Shown: positions 21,425-31,921, numbered from the stretch's first letter. The stretch: DNA of 64,000 nucleotides from Bryobacterales bacterium (GCA_963422375.2 OY729427.2:1120001-1184000), one strand, 5' to 3'. Numbers and translations are program-made. The notes: generated from the sequence alone by a model not told the origin.

Positions 21425-21946
21425 ATGCTCCGCAGGATCGTCAAGTACGGGGACCCGGTGCTTGAGACAGTGTGCGAGCCAGTACCAGAGAGCGAGTTCG
21501 GCAGTCCAGAGCTGGCCGCTCTCGTGAGGGACATGTTAGAGACGATGTACCAGGCGAACGGCGTGGGGCTGGCCGCGCCGCAAGTCGCCGTATCAACTCG
21601 GCTGACGGTCGTCGACTGCTCCGGAGGCGCCGACCGCAGGCAGCGCCACGTCCTCGTCAACCCCGAAATCGTCACCGGGGAGGGCGAGCAGGTCGGCGAG
21701 GAGGGCTGCCTGTCGATCCCCGGGTTCAGCGAGAAGATCCGGCGGCCGGCGCTAGTCCGCGTCCGGGCGCGCACGGCGGAGGGCGAGCCGGTCGAGATGG
21801 AAGCCAAGGAGCTGCTGGCGCGTGCCGTCTGCCACGAGATCGACCACTTGAACGGGATCCTGTTCCTGAAGCACATCAGCAAGCTCAAGCGCCAGATGAT
21901 TGTCCGGAAGATCCGGGCTCTTCGGAAACGGGGCGAGTGGGACTAG
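21425..21946 (+). CDS. def: Peptide deformylase
   Basis: Motifs GVGLAAPQV, EGCLS and HEIDHLNG. Confidence 0.97.
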   Translation: MLRRIVKYGDPVLETVCEPVPESEFGSPELAALVRDMLETMYQANGVGLAAPQVAVSTRLTVVDCSGGADRRQRHVLVNPEIVTGEGEQVGEEGCLSIPGFSEKIRRPALVRVRARTAEGEPVEMEAKELLARAVCHEIDHLNGILFLKHISKLKRQMIVRKIRALRKRGEWD

Positions 21947-21947
21947 C

Positions 21948-22874
21948 TTGCGGGTAGTCTTCATGGGCACGCCGGAATTCGCGGTGCCGTCCCTCGAGGC
22001 CCTCGCGGAGCGATACGACGTCGCGGAAGTGGTGACGCAGCCGGACCGGCCCGCCGGGCGCGGGCGCAAGCTAACGCCCCCGCCGGTCAAGCAAGCGGCC
22101 GCCGCATTGGAACTGCCTGTGTACCAGCCCCGCCGGATCCGCGATCCCGGCGCCTGGGAGCGCCTTGCCGCCCGGGAGCCGGATGCCATCGCGGTCGTCG
22201 GGTACGGCCAGATGATCCCGAAGCGCATCCGGGATCTCCCGCCCCACGGGTGTGTCAACGTGCATTCGTCGCTTCTCCCGAAGTACCGTGGCGCCGCCCC
22301 GGTCAACTGGGCGATCGCTAACGGCGAGACGCTCACGGGGGTGACGACCATGAGAATCGCACGGGAAATGGACGCGGGGGACATACTGCTCGCTCGAAAG
22401 ACGCCTATCGGGCCGGACGAGACGGCCCCCGCGGTGAACGCTCGTCTCGCCCTGATGGGATCGGAACTGCTCCGCGAGACGCTCGACTGTCTTTCTGCCG
22501 GCACGATTTGCCCGGTTCCGCAGGACCATGCCGCCGCCACCAAGGCACCGCTCCTCAAGCGGGAGCACGGGCTGATCGACTGGTCCGCGTCGGCCCGATC
22601 GATCTACAACAGGCTGCGCGGCTTCGAGCCGTGGCCCGGGATCTTCACTTTCCTCCGCGGCAAGCGCCTGCGGATCCGGTCGGCGCGGCCGACGGAGCAA
22701 GGGGGCATTCGGCCGGGTCATCTGCGACCCGACGCCAGCGGCCTCTGCGTAGGCTGCGGGTCGGGACGGCTCGTGCTGGAGGAGATCCACTTGGAAGGAC
22801 GCAGGGCCGTCTCCGCGGCGGAATTCGCGCGGGGCTTCCGCCCCGCGCCTGACGAAGTACTTCGAAATGAATGA
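21948..22874 (+). CDS. fmt: Methionyl-tRNA formyltransferase
   Basis: Motifs VFMGTPEFA, VTQPDRPAGRG, NVHSSLLPKYRGAAP and MDAGD. The TTG start is inferred. Confidence 0.96.
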   Translation: MRVVFMGTPEFAVPSLEALAERYDVAEVVTQPDRPAGRGRKLTPPPVKQAAAALELPVYQPRRIRDPGAWERLAAREPDAIAVVGYGQMIPKRIRDLPPHGCVNVHSSLLPKYRGAAPVNWAIANGETLTGVTTMRIAREMDAGDILLARKTPIGPDETAPAVNARLALMGSELLRETLDCLSAGTICPVPQDHAAATKAPLLKREHGLIDWSASARSIYNRLRGFEPWPGIFTFLRGKRLRIRSARPTEQGGIRPGHLRPDASGLCVGCGSGRLVLEEIHLEGRRAVSAAEFARGFRPAPDEVLRNE

Positions 22875-24063
22875 GGCGACAGCAGCCGATCTTCCCCTAG
22901 GATTCCGGTTCGCCGCCGGCTACGCAGGCATCCGCAAGGAAGCATCCGACGACTTGGCGCTGATGGTGTCGGACACCCGGGCGTCCGCCGCGGCGGTCTT
23001 CACCCGCAACGAGGTGCGGGCCGCGCCCGTTATCAGGAGCGTGTTGTCCATGCTGCAGAGCGGCGGCACCGCGCGGGCCATCGTTGCCAACGCCGGCAAC
23101 GCCAACTGCGCCGCCCCGTGGATGGAGGAGGTGGCTCTGGCGACGGCCCGCAAGGCGGCCGCGCTCGCCGGCGTCGAGGAACACCAAGTGCTGCTGGCAT
23201 CCACGGGCGTGATCGGCGAGCCCATGGAGATCGGCGTGATCCCGACTGCGCTGCCGCGCCTGTGGGCCGCGCTCTCGCGGGACCAGTTCGAGGCCTGCGC
23301 ACGGGCGATCATGACGACGGACACCGTGCCGAAGATCCGCTGCGAAAAAGTCGAGACAGCGGACGGCACCATACGTCTGGCCGGCATGGCCAAGGGGGCG
23401 GGCATGATCATGCCCGACATGGCGACAATGCTGTCGTTCCTGTTTACGGACGCCGCCATCGAGCCCCAGCGCCTGAAGGAAATGCTGCAGTCCTCGGTCA
23501 ACCACAGCTTCAACTGCGTCACGGTAGACTCGGACACTTCCACGAACGACACCGTCTACCTACTTGCGAGCGGAGCCTCCAACGTGCGGGTCGACGACGA
23601 CTCCGCACCAGCTTTCCAAGCCGGCTTGGACGCGCTTACCCGCGACCTAGCCATCGATATCGTCCGCGACGGGGAAGGAGCGAGAAAGCTGGCCGAAATC
23701 ACGGTCGAAGGCATGGCTACGGACTGGGGAGCGAAGCAAATCGCCATGGCGGTCGCCAACTCGCCCTTGGTCAAGACGGCGCTCGCCGGGGCCGACCCGA
23801 ACTGGGGGCGAATGCTCGCGGCGGCCGGCAAGTCGGGCGCCCTGTTCCTCGCCTCCCACATGAGCGTCTTCGTGAACGGTGTACAGGTCTGCGCCGACGG
23901 CGTGCGCGCCGACTACGACGAACCGGCGTTGCAGCGCACTATGGAAGGTGACGAGATCTCGATCCGTATCGCTATGCGGGACCCGGGACCCGGCTTCGCC
24001 AGAGCCTGGACCTGCGACCTCACCGAAGACTACGTCCGCATCAACGCCGACTACCGCACGTGA
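22867..24063 (+). CDS. argJ: Ornithine acetyltransferase / N-acetylglutamate synthase
   Basis: Motifs NAGNANC, ASTGVIG, KGAGMIMPDMATML, DTSTND and DGEGA. Ends in INADYRT. Confidence 0.97.
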   Translation: MNEATAADLPLGFRFAAGYAGIRKEASDDLALMVSDTRASAAAVFTRNEVRAAPVIRSVLSMLQSGGTARAIVANAGNANCAAPWMEEVALATARKAAALAGVEEHQVLLASTGVIGEPMEIGVIPTALPRLWAALSRDQFEACARAIMTTDTVPKIRCEKVETADGTIRLAGMAKGAGMIMPDMATMLSFLFTDAAIEPQRLKEMLQSSVNHSFNCVTVDSDTSTNDTVYLLASGASNVRVDDDSAPAFQAGLDALTRDLAIDIVRDGEGARKLAEITVEGMATDWGAKQIAMAVANSPLVKTALAGADPNWGRMLAAAGKSGALFLASHMSVFVNGVQVCADGVRADYDEPALQRTMEGDEISIRIAMRDPGPGFARAWTCDLTEDYVRINADYRT

Positions 24064-24123
24064 TGCGACGGACCGCTTGAATCGCGGCGCATCCGGGGCC
24101 ATACTCGGAAGAGCTCAGCGCAG

Positions 24124-24199
<76 letters not shown>

Positions 24200-24252
24200 G
24201 GAGTCCCGCAGACGCCCGGAACGGTCGCGGCTCGACGGGCCGTCCCAGCCCC

Positions 24253-25608
24253 CTACACGGTGTCGGGAGTCGGATGGATCCAAGGCTTCCGGTACGGCCG
24301 CGCAAGCTTGCCGGTGGCCTCGGAATCGCCGATCACCTCGTGCCTAGCCGCATCCCACGCGAGGGATCGCCCCACCTCCATCGAAACGTTGGCGAGCAGG
24401 CAGCAGGCGGTCGAGATGTGCCCCTGCTCGATGTCCGCGACCGGCCGCGAGCGCCCGTCAATCGCCTTCAGGAAGTCCCGCATGTGGGCCCGCAGCACGG
24501 GAAACTCGTGCGCTCCGAGCCTCGACTCGACCGTGTCGACCTTGTCGATCTGGTACTTGTCGATTTCCGTGACGGCGTCGCGTCGGATCGGCCTCTCCTG
24601 CTTCTCTACCGGGATGAATTCCCACTTCGTGGTCGAGCCCTTGAAGAGCCCCTTCTCTCCGTAGATGAAATACGCCCAAGGATAGCCGGCGTAGACCGGC
24701 GGGCCCCAGTTGCGGTGCGTCCAGACGACATTGAGGTCGGGGAAGGCGAAGGTCGCCGTCTGGGTGTCGGGAGTGTTGGCCTTGCTGCCCTTGTCCACGA
24801 AGATGCCGCCGATCGAATGCACGGACGAGGGCCAGCCCAGATCGAGCGTCCAGCGCACGAGGTCGATCATGTGGATGCACATGTCGCCGATCACCCCGTT
24901 TCCGTACTCCATGAAGTACCTCCAGCGACGGGGGTGCGTCCACTGGCAGAACGGCCGCATCGGAGCGGGGCCGGTCCACATCTCGTAATCGAGATGCGAC
25001 GGCGGACCGGTGTCCGGCGGGTTGCCCCGTGGGCTGCGGTAGACGTAGCAGCAGACCTCGGCATGCGAGATCTTTCCGAGCATTCCGCTCCGGATCCGAT
25101 CACGGGCCTCGACCAGGTGAGGCGCGGAGCGCCGCTGGGTGCCGACTTGGCACACCCGACCGTACTTGCGGGCCGCGGCTACCATCGAGCGACCCTCGAC
25201 GACATCGACCGAGACCGGCTTCTGGACGTACACGTCCGCGCCCGCCCGCATCGCCTCGACCGCCGGCAGGCAGTGCCAGTGGTCGGGCGTCGCAACCTCC
25301 ACGATGTCGGGCTGCTCCTGCTTGAGCAGTTCGCGATAGTCCCCGTAGGTGCGGGGAACCTTGCCGGACCTGTGGCGCTTCGATGCCATCTGCGCGTCGG
25401 CGGCCAGGCTCCGGCTGTCGGGATCGCAGAGGGCCACGATCTCCACGTCGTCGACCTGGACGAGACGGAACAGGTCGTTCTTGCCGTACCAGCCGGATCC
25501 GACCAGCGCGACCCGGCGCGGCCGGTCCGCGGCCCGGGCGCCTGCCAAGGGTAGGCTCGCGGCAGCAGCCCGGACGAAGGCGCGACGATCAATCGAAGTG
25601 GGTGCCAT
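24253..25608 (-). CDS. Gfo/Idh/MocA oxidoreductase with Tat signal
   Basis: Motifs DRRAFV, VGSGWYG, ATPDHWH, YVQKP and QVGTQRRS. Confidence 0.92.
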   Translation of the reverse strand: MAPTSIDRRAFVRAAAASLPLAGARAADRPRRVALVGSGWYGKNDLFRLVQVDDVEIVALCDPDSRSLAADAQMASKRHRSGKVPRTYGDYRELLKQEQPDIVEVATPDHWHCLPAVEAMRAGADVYVQKPVSVDVVEGRSMVAAARKYGRVCQVGTQRRSAPHLVEARDRIRSGMLGKISHAEVCCYVYRSPRGNPPDTGPPSHLDYEMWTGPAPMRPFCQWTHPRRWRYFMEYGNGVIGDMCIHMIDLVRWTLDLGWPSSVHSIGGIFVDKGSKANTPDTQTATFAFPDLNVVWTHRNWGPPVYAGYPWAYFIYGEKGLFKGSTTKWEFIPVEKQERPIRRDAVTEIDKYQIDKVDTVESRLGAHEFPVLRAHMRDFLKAIDGRSRPVADIEQGHISTACCLLANVSMEVGRSLAWDAARHEVIGDSEATGKLARPYRKPWIHPTPDTV

Positions 25609-25781
25609 GCTCGTCTCCGTGCGCCAGACATTACCACAGCCGACGCCTGCGCGGCGCATGCGGCCGCTGGCGCAGTTGAGACTCTGGCGCCCGGGGGGTA
25701 TTCTGGCAGCGGGCCCGGCTGCCGGCCCGGGAAGCGTTTCCGGCGCGCGGCAGGGCAGGTCTAGTCACTCGGGAGGTCCTG

Positions 25782-27065
25782 ATGAACCGCATCACTCGGA
25801 GAGAGGCCGTCGGAACGGCGCTGGCCGGATTCGCAGTCCGCGCCAGCGCACAGTCGCCCAGCGACCAGTTGGGCGTTTCGGTGGTCGGCGTGGGCGGCAT
25901 GGGCCACGGCCATGTCGAGCGAGTCCTGACACGCGACGACGTCCGCATCGTCTCGATCTGCGACGTCGACCAAGCCAACGCGGAGCGCGCGGGCCAGACG
26001 GTCAACAAGGCCCGCGGCAAGACGCCGAACCTGGTAGAGGACTTCCGCAACGTGCTCGACGACAAGGAGGTCGACGCGGTCGTCGTGGCGACACCGCACC
26101 ACTGGCACGCGCCCATCGCGGTACGGGCGATGCAGGCAGGCAAGGACGTCTACGTGGAGAAGCCGGCCAGCCACGTGTTTCGCGAGGGCCGGCTGCTGGC
26201 GGAAGCGGCGAAGAAGTACGATCGCATCCTGCAGCACGGCACGCAGATGCGCTCGAGCGAAGTTACTAAGCGGGCCGACGCGCTGCTCCGGGAAGGCATC
26301 ATCGGCGAAGTCAAGATGTCGAAGGCGTGGAACTGCCAGCGCCACACGCACCGGCAGCTCGCGGAGGACGCCCCGATTCCCGCCGGCGTCAACTACGACC
26401 TCTGGGTGGGCCCGGCAGCCTACGACGGCAGGTTCAATCCGAACCGCTACAACCGCAACTGGAACTGGTACCGGGCATTCGGGAACGGCGACATCGGCGG
26501 GGACGGCCCGCACGACCTCGACCTAGCGCGCTGGGGCCTCGGGGTGGAGACCCATCCCGCGCGGATCACGGCGCACGGCAGCCGGGTCGACTTGGAAGGG
26601 ATCCGGGAGTTCCCCGACAACATGGTGGTCGCCTACCACTACGAGGAAGGCAAGGTCCTGATTTACGAGGACCGCGGCTGGACGCCGTACGGAATGCACG
26701 GGTTCGACAGCGGCAACGCCTTCTACGGCAGCGAAGGCTACATGATCTTCTCGAGGCGGGGCTACTTCCAAGTCTATCTCGGCAGGAACGAGGTCAAGGG
26801 CCCGGGCATAGCGGACGGCCCGACCGGCCATCCGGAGCACATGTACAACTTCCTGGACTGCGTGAAGACCCGCGAGCAGCCGGTCGCGAACGCCGAAGTC
26901 GCGCATCTCTCGTGCGGTCTGATCCATCTGGGAGAGGCCGCCTACAGGGCCGGCCGGGTGTTGCACTTCGACCCGGGGCGGGAGCGCTTCGTCGGCGACC
27001 CGGACGCGGACAAGCTGCTCACCAAGGAGTACCGCGAGCCTTGGTCGATGCCCGACCCGGTCTGA
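25782..27065 (+). CDS. Gfo/Idh/MocA oxidoreductase with Tat signal
   Basis: Motifs TRREAV, VGVGGMG, ATPHHWH, YVEKP and QHGTQMRS. Confidence 0.92.
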   Translation: MNRITRREAVGTALAGFAVRASAQSPSDQLGVSVVGVGGMGHGHVERVLTRDDVRIVSICDVDQANAERAGQTVNKARGKTPNLVEDFRNVLDDKEVDAVVVATPHHWHAPIAVRAMQAGKDVYVEKPASHVFREGRLLAEAAKKYDRILQHGTQMRSSEVTKRADALLREGIIGEVKMSKAWNCQRHTHRQLAEDAPIPAGVNYDLWVGPAAYDGRFNPNRYNRNWNWYRAFGNGDIGGDGPHDLDLARWGLGVETHPARITAHGSRVDLEGIREFPDNMVVAYHYEEGKVLIYEDRGWTPYGMHGFDSGNAFYGSEGYMIFSRRGYFQVYLGRNEVKGPGIADGPTGHPEHMYNFLDCVKTREQPVANAEVAHLSCGLIHLGEAAYRAGRVLHFDPGRERFVGDPDADKLLTKEYREPWSMPDPV

Positions 27066-27075
27066 GTCGCGGCCT

Positions 27076-28143
27076 CTATCTCGGTGCCGGTCCGCCCTCT
27101 CGGATCGCGCGGAAGAACCGCACGGCCTGCTCCTGGCCCCAGAAGCGAGGTCGGCCGCGGGCAAGAAAGGCGACGTGGCCGCCACGGCGCGGGCCGATGA
27201 ACCTCAGCCATGGGTTCTCGCGCAGGGCGGGCAGGTCGAACGCCTCGAAGGGGATGAAGGGATCGTCCTGTGCTTGGATGATCAGCGCGGGCACGCGGAT
27301 GCGGCCGAGAAATCGCGCCGACGAGGCCTGCTCGTAGTAGTCGGCGGCGTTCCGGAAACCGAACGCCGGAGCGGTCACCAGCTCGTCGAACTGCCAAATC
27401 GAGCGCGGCTTGGGCAATCCCTCCCCGGGGAAGGAGCCGGGAAGCGCCGCGCGCTTGCGCCGGAGGGCCGCGCCCAGCTGGAGCAGGAAGCGCTTCTCGT
27501 AGACGGCGTTGCGCCTGCGGCCGATGTTTCGCGAGCACAGATCCAGCCGGATGGGCGGAGAGACGGCGCAGACGGCCCGCACGTGAGCCGGGGCGGACTC
27601 GCCCCATTCCCCGGCCAGCTTGAGCGCGATGTTGCCGCCCATCGAGTAGCCGACCAAATACAGCGGCCGCGGCGCGAGCGCGTCGACCACCGCCCGCAGG
27701 TCGGCGGTCAGGCCCGAGTGGTACAGGGTGCGGCAGAGGTGCTCAGTGCCTCCGCAGTTGCGAACATTGAGGCGCGCGGCATCGAATCCGGATTGCAGCG
27801 CCGCGCGGGCGACCGAGACCATGTACGGGGCCCGGTCGCAGGCCGTCAGGCCGTGCAGCGCCAGCACCGTTGGGCGCGCCCGCGGCGGGGCGCCGCCGGC
27901 CCGGGCGTTCAGCTTCGCCAGGACGCGAGTATCGGGGTCGGTCCGGAACAGGCGCGATTCCGTGGGGAACCTGCGCTCGTCGAGCGACTGAGGCCAGTAG
28001 CGCGCCGCGACCGTCTGGAGGTCCCCGCCGGGCAGCAGCGGCCGGTAGGGCAGGCGCCACGCCTCCTCGGGGGGCGGCAGCGGGCCTCTTGCGAACGATC
28101 GCGCGGAAGCAGGCTCAGCGGGAGGCGCGAAGGTTCTCGGCAA
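27076..28143 (-). CDS. YheT-like alpha/beta hydrolase
   Basis: Motifs LHGL, RNCGG, LYHSG, GYSMGG nucleophile elbow, AQDDPFIP and GGHVAF. Confidence 0.88.
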   Translation of the reverse strand: MPRTFAPPAEPASARSFARGPLPPPEEAWRLPYRPLLPGGDLQTVAARYWPQSLDERRFPTESRLFRTDPDTRVLAKLNARAGGAPPRARPTVLALHGLTACDRAPYMVSVARAALQSGFDAARLNVRNCGGTEHLCRTLYHSGLTADLRAVVDALAPRPLYLVGYSMGGNIALKLAGEWGESAPAHVRAVCAVSPPIRLDLCSRNIGRRRNAVYEKRFLLQLGAALRRKRAALPGSFPGEGLPKPRSIWQFDELVTAPAFGFRNAADYYEQASSARFLGRIRVPALIIQAQDDPFIPFEAFDLPALRENPWLRFIGPRRGGHVAFLARGRPRFWGQEQAVRFFRAIREGGPAPR

Positions 28144-28645
28144 GGAGCACGTCCAATTCCTTGACCAGGTGCGTCTCCATGTCTGACCAGAACTCCCCGT
28201 CCATGCCGCGATGCTCGTAGCGAATCACGCCGTTCCTGTCGACGAGCATCATATACGGCACGTAGGCCCGCGCCATGACGGACAGGTCGGCGAACCGCAT
28301 CCAGTCGGAGCGGGTCGAAACACCCACGGGAAACTCGACGCGGTGGTCCCTCCTGAAGCTGTCGATGTTGCCGGGCGCGTTCGGATTCACGGCCATCGCC
28401 ATGATCTCCAGCCCCTGGCCGGCGTACTTCTCGTAGATCGGCCCGAGGGCCTCGCAGGTGGACTGACAGTGCGGGCAGTCGGTGGAGATCCACAGCACGG
28501 CCACGACCTTGCCCTTGAGAGCGCCTAAGTCAATCGTCTTCCCGGAGACTGTCTTGAGGGCTAGTTCGGGCGCGTCGCGGGGCACGTTGCCGGCGCCCAG
28601 CGCCGAAGCGGCCAGCCACGCTCCTAACACAACGCCCGGAAGCAT
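28115..28645 (-). CDS. TlpA-like thioredoxin-fold redoxin, exported
   Basis: Signal peptide, LKGKVVAV, CPHC and VP..LVDRNGVIRY. Start codon uncertain. Confidence 0.85.
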   Translation of the reverse strand: MLPGVVLGAWLAASALGAGNVPRDAPELALKTVSGKTIDLGALKGKVVAVLWISTDCPHCQSTCEALGPIYEKYAGQGLEIMAMAVNPNAPGNIDSFRRDHRVEFPVGVSTRSDWMRFADLSVMARAYVPYMMLVDRNGVIRYEHRGMDGEFWSDMETHLVKELDVLLAENLRASR

Positions 28646-28808
28646 GCGAACTCGCATCGAGGCGACAAATCGACCTAGGGATCTCTTCATGGCTTCGTAC
28701 CGGGAGCCGACCGCCACGCGCCCATCGCTTTCGAGGGGCCGGTGATTCCGCGACGTCTCCGAGTTCAATCTATCACACGCTCCCGGTCATCCGATCGGGG
28801 TCTCGAAC

Positions 28809-28843
28809 AGGCTATGCCTGGTCCGCGACCGCAGGCATAGCCT
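28809..28843. repeat. 12-bp perfect inverted repeat (possible terminator or regulator site)
   Basis: AGGCTATGCCTG ... CAGGCATAGCCT. No U-tract. Confidence 0.5.
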
Positions 28844-29233
28844 ACCGACGGGGTTTCTCGGTCGGACGCCGGACTAGCCCGGATCAGCTAAGGGCCACCT
28901 GCGGGCGGGCGAAGTCGCGCTTGGTCGCCGCCTACTAGCCCGCTCGCGATTCGGAGTGGGGCGAGGCTACCGGTCCGGGTCCGCAGGGAGGCGCACGGTA
29001 CGCCGACCAAGCGAACCGAAGACTAGCTCGCGAGAGGGGCCCGCCGACGGGGCAAGCGAGGACCGCCCGCCACTCGCGAGGCTCCCGGACAGGTCCGCAT
29101 TCCCCGCCCGCAGCCATTTTCTAAGCGGGTTCTCGGTCACCGAGAGCACAGCAACGAGACCCCTGCCATTGATCCTCACCTAAGTAGATGACGATCTCTA
29201 GTTATGGCACTGAGGTCTCTTCTTGGATGGATT

Positions 29234-29422
29234 CTACTTGATTCTCGAATCGGATTTGAACAGGTATCTTGCCACGAAATACAAGCACGTCGGTACATTG
29301 GCCGTTGTAGTTCAAGCGATTGTCATGATAACACCATCGGATAAAGCGAAGTATTCGAGCGGTCGAAGGAATCCCTGAAGCTGGAATATCAATCCCGCCG
29401 ACCACTTAGGCCTATCGTCCAT
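29234..29422 (-). pseudogene. Remnant of a small hydrophobic protein coupled to the Panacea gene (putative toxin partner)
   Basis: ATG overlaps the Panacea stop. Reads MDDRPKWSAGLIFQLQGF..FALSDGVIMTIA*TTTANVPTCLYFVARYLF with an internal TGA. Not in the ORF track. Confidence 0.55.
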
Positions 29423-29607
29423 CTTGAGCCTGTTCTACCCTAGCCCTGAAGTGCTTGGCAATCAACTCGTTCGGGATGTCCACTCCCTTGAATTTCGGAT
29501 TCTCCCTATGGATCTTCGACCATGGTGAGTCAGACGCATGGGGCATTCGAGAGAGCTCGCAGGCCGAGAACTTGCCGTAGACTTCAAGCACACGTTGCAA
29601 AATCATA
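29412..29607 (-). pseudogene. Panacea (DUF4065/SocA) antitoxin, 3' half
   Basis: ILQRVLEVYGKFSACELSRMPHASDSPW...IPNELIAKHF. Confidence 0.88.
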
Positions 29608-30885
29608 CCTGATTACCAACGAAAGTCAGCCGAGGATATGCTATACTGAAGGAGGTCGGAAATCTCTGACAGGAAAGGGGATAGCAGATGAAACGCAAGC
29701 GCGTGCAATTCCAGAAGGGACTCAGCCTGGGCAAGTTCCTGCAGCGCTACGGCAGCGAGGGGCCATGCGAGCAGGCCGTCTTCAACGCCCGCCGGCCGGA
29801 CGGCTTGCGCTGCCCGGAGTGCGGCTCCCGCCGGCACTGCCGCATCCGCTCCCGCAAGCTCTGGCAGTGCCATGCCTGCCACCGCCGGACCTCCCTCGTC
29901 GCCGGCACGATCTTCGCCGCCACCAAGCTGCCGCTGACCGCCCGGTTCCTGGCGATCCACCTGCTGACGCAGGGCAAGCACGGCGTTTCGTCGCTGGAAC
30001 TGGCGCGGCAGCCGGGCGTGAGCCGGAACACGGCTTGGAAGATGAAGCACAAGCTCTTGCAAGTGATGAAGGAGCGCGACGAGCGCCTGCCGCTGGGCGG
30101 CATCGTGCAGGTGGACGACGCCTGTTGGGGCGGGGAGCGGCGGGCAAGACGCCGTTCGTGGCCGCCGTGCAGGTCACCGCCGCCGGCCAGCCGGCAAGGA
30201 TGCGCATGAGCAGCGTGGCAGGCTTCCGCAAGAAGACGCTGGCAGCCCGGGCCAGGCGGCACTTGCAGCCCGGCACGGAGGTGCATTCCGACGGCCCGGC
30301 CTGCTTCCGGGGCGTGGCCGACGCCGGCTGCGAGCACGTGCCGACCGTCACCGGAGGCGCGAAGCGGAGCTGCGGGGATTCCCGCTTCGTCCGGGTCAAC
30401 GTCCGGGTCAACACGATGCTGGCGAACGTCAAGCAGTCCCTGGCGGGAACCTGCCATGCGCTCGACGGCAAGCACCTGCCGCGGTACCTCGCCGAGTTCC
30501 GCTACCGCTTCAACCGCCGCTACGATCTGGAGGTGCTGGTCCCCCGCCTGCTCCACGCCTCCGTGCGCACCCCGCACATGCCTTACCGCCTCCTAACCTT
30601 GGCTGAGTCTTGTGGGTAATTAGTGCTTGTGACAAAACCCCTGAATTCTGGCCTGATCAGCATTTCATACTACATCCTGATGTCGGATGGATCTCCAAAC
30701 ACAACATATAGGGCCCAAGGTCGGAAGTTGCTCAGCCGCCAATCGCGAACATTTCCGCGCTCTACCCAGAATTGGCAGGATTTCGGACCAGTCGTAGCAT
30801 TCCAGCGAAATCTTCGCCTTGAGAGATTGGATCTAACGCCTTTATTGTCAAGGGGATACGAGTTTTGTCACAGGCACTAATTAGG
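29608..30885 (+). mobile_element. IS1595 family D copy 1 (frameshifted; MITE inside its right TIR)
   Basis: ORFs spanning 29688-30619 with CPECG..CHAC, VQVDDA, HSDG and YLAEFRYRFNRRYDL. About 28-bp imperfect TIRs. Confidence 0.92.
30623..30877. mobile_element. 255-bp MITE with ISNCY-type ends
   Basis: TIRs GTGCTTGTGACAAAAC and GTTTTGTCACAGGCAC. 6-bp TSD TAATTA. The left TIR matches the ISNCY end at 62974 at 15 of 16 positions. Confidence 0.85.
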
Positions 30886-31921
30886 ATCCGAAATGCTTTG
30901 GGTCACGGCCTACGATACCGACGAGTCCGAGCTGCTTGCCACATGAAAAAATCTGCTGCAGAGCCAATCGAGAGTCATCCAACAGGTGCTGCGAGCGCGA
31001 GCCGGACCGGTGCTGAGTCGGAATATATGCCACCCAAAGCAGATTATACGATCATCGCCTCTCGCAAGTAGACGTCGCGAGAGGACCCTGCACACCCGTC
31101 TCGGCCACCCGTCCAACCTAGGCCGTCCGCAATTCTGGCCGAGCGTGGCGCGGGTCATTAGGACACCCGAGTCCCTCGAACTGCCCTCGAGTCTGGCAAC
31201 GCCTCATGGTAGTTTGCACAGGAAGCTGCAAACACGCCCATGGCTCGGGGGTATTCATGTCTTCGGAAGGCCTGCCGCGGATTTCCAGACCGTAGATCAG
31301 GAATACGCTACGAATCCGAGCCCGGTCGCCGAGAGCCGCTTTGGGAAGGCGCGCTCCCACAGCGGGACTGGTGCAGGCGACAGTCCATTCTACGGGTAGT
31401 GCGGGGAATATGACCGTACAGAATAGGTCCCTGAGATATCAACACTGCTTGTTCAGTTCGCCCGGCGAATTCTGAATTGATCAATTCGAATTCTTAGCCT
31501 TCGGAAGGGACTTAACTCTCTGTACGAAAACAATTTCGTGGATTGGACTGATGCACTTGGATCGAGAACTTATTTGACCGTACTAGCCCGCACTTCGTCG
31601 CGTTGCATAAGTCGCAAGAGGCAAGGGCCGAATCCTTGCGCCGCCACGCATGTCGGTCAGTCCCGGCCCTTTTCCACGAGCGCCACCGCGTCAGCATTCG
31701 GACCGCCTCCCTGGCGGTGGAGACGGAGACGGCGACCGCGTCGCTCGCTAGGCCGCAGAACGCGGCCCGACCTAGTGCCACAGCGGGCGCCCTCCCGGTA
31801 CACACAGTGCTCGGCGCTGGCTTCCCGTCACGGGAAGTCTCATTCGACTAGAGTGATCATCTCGGCCGCCCTCTAGGCGAACTGCGAGCCCCCTGCCACG
31901 CCTTCCTCGTTCAATTCCCGA

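Noticed and set aside
28918..29013. Imperfect inverted repeat CGCTTGGTCG/CGACCAAGCG with nearby CTAG sites as a MITE
   Set aside because: Short, boundaries unclear, and no second copy seen.
30125..30160. Programmed ribosomal frameshift in family-D transposases
   Set aside because: Each copy has a different deletion and there is no slippery heptamer.
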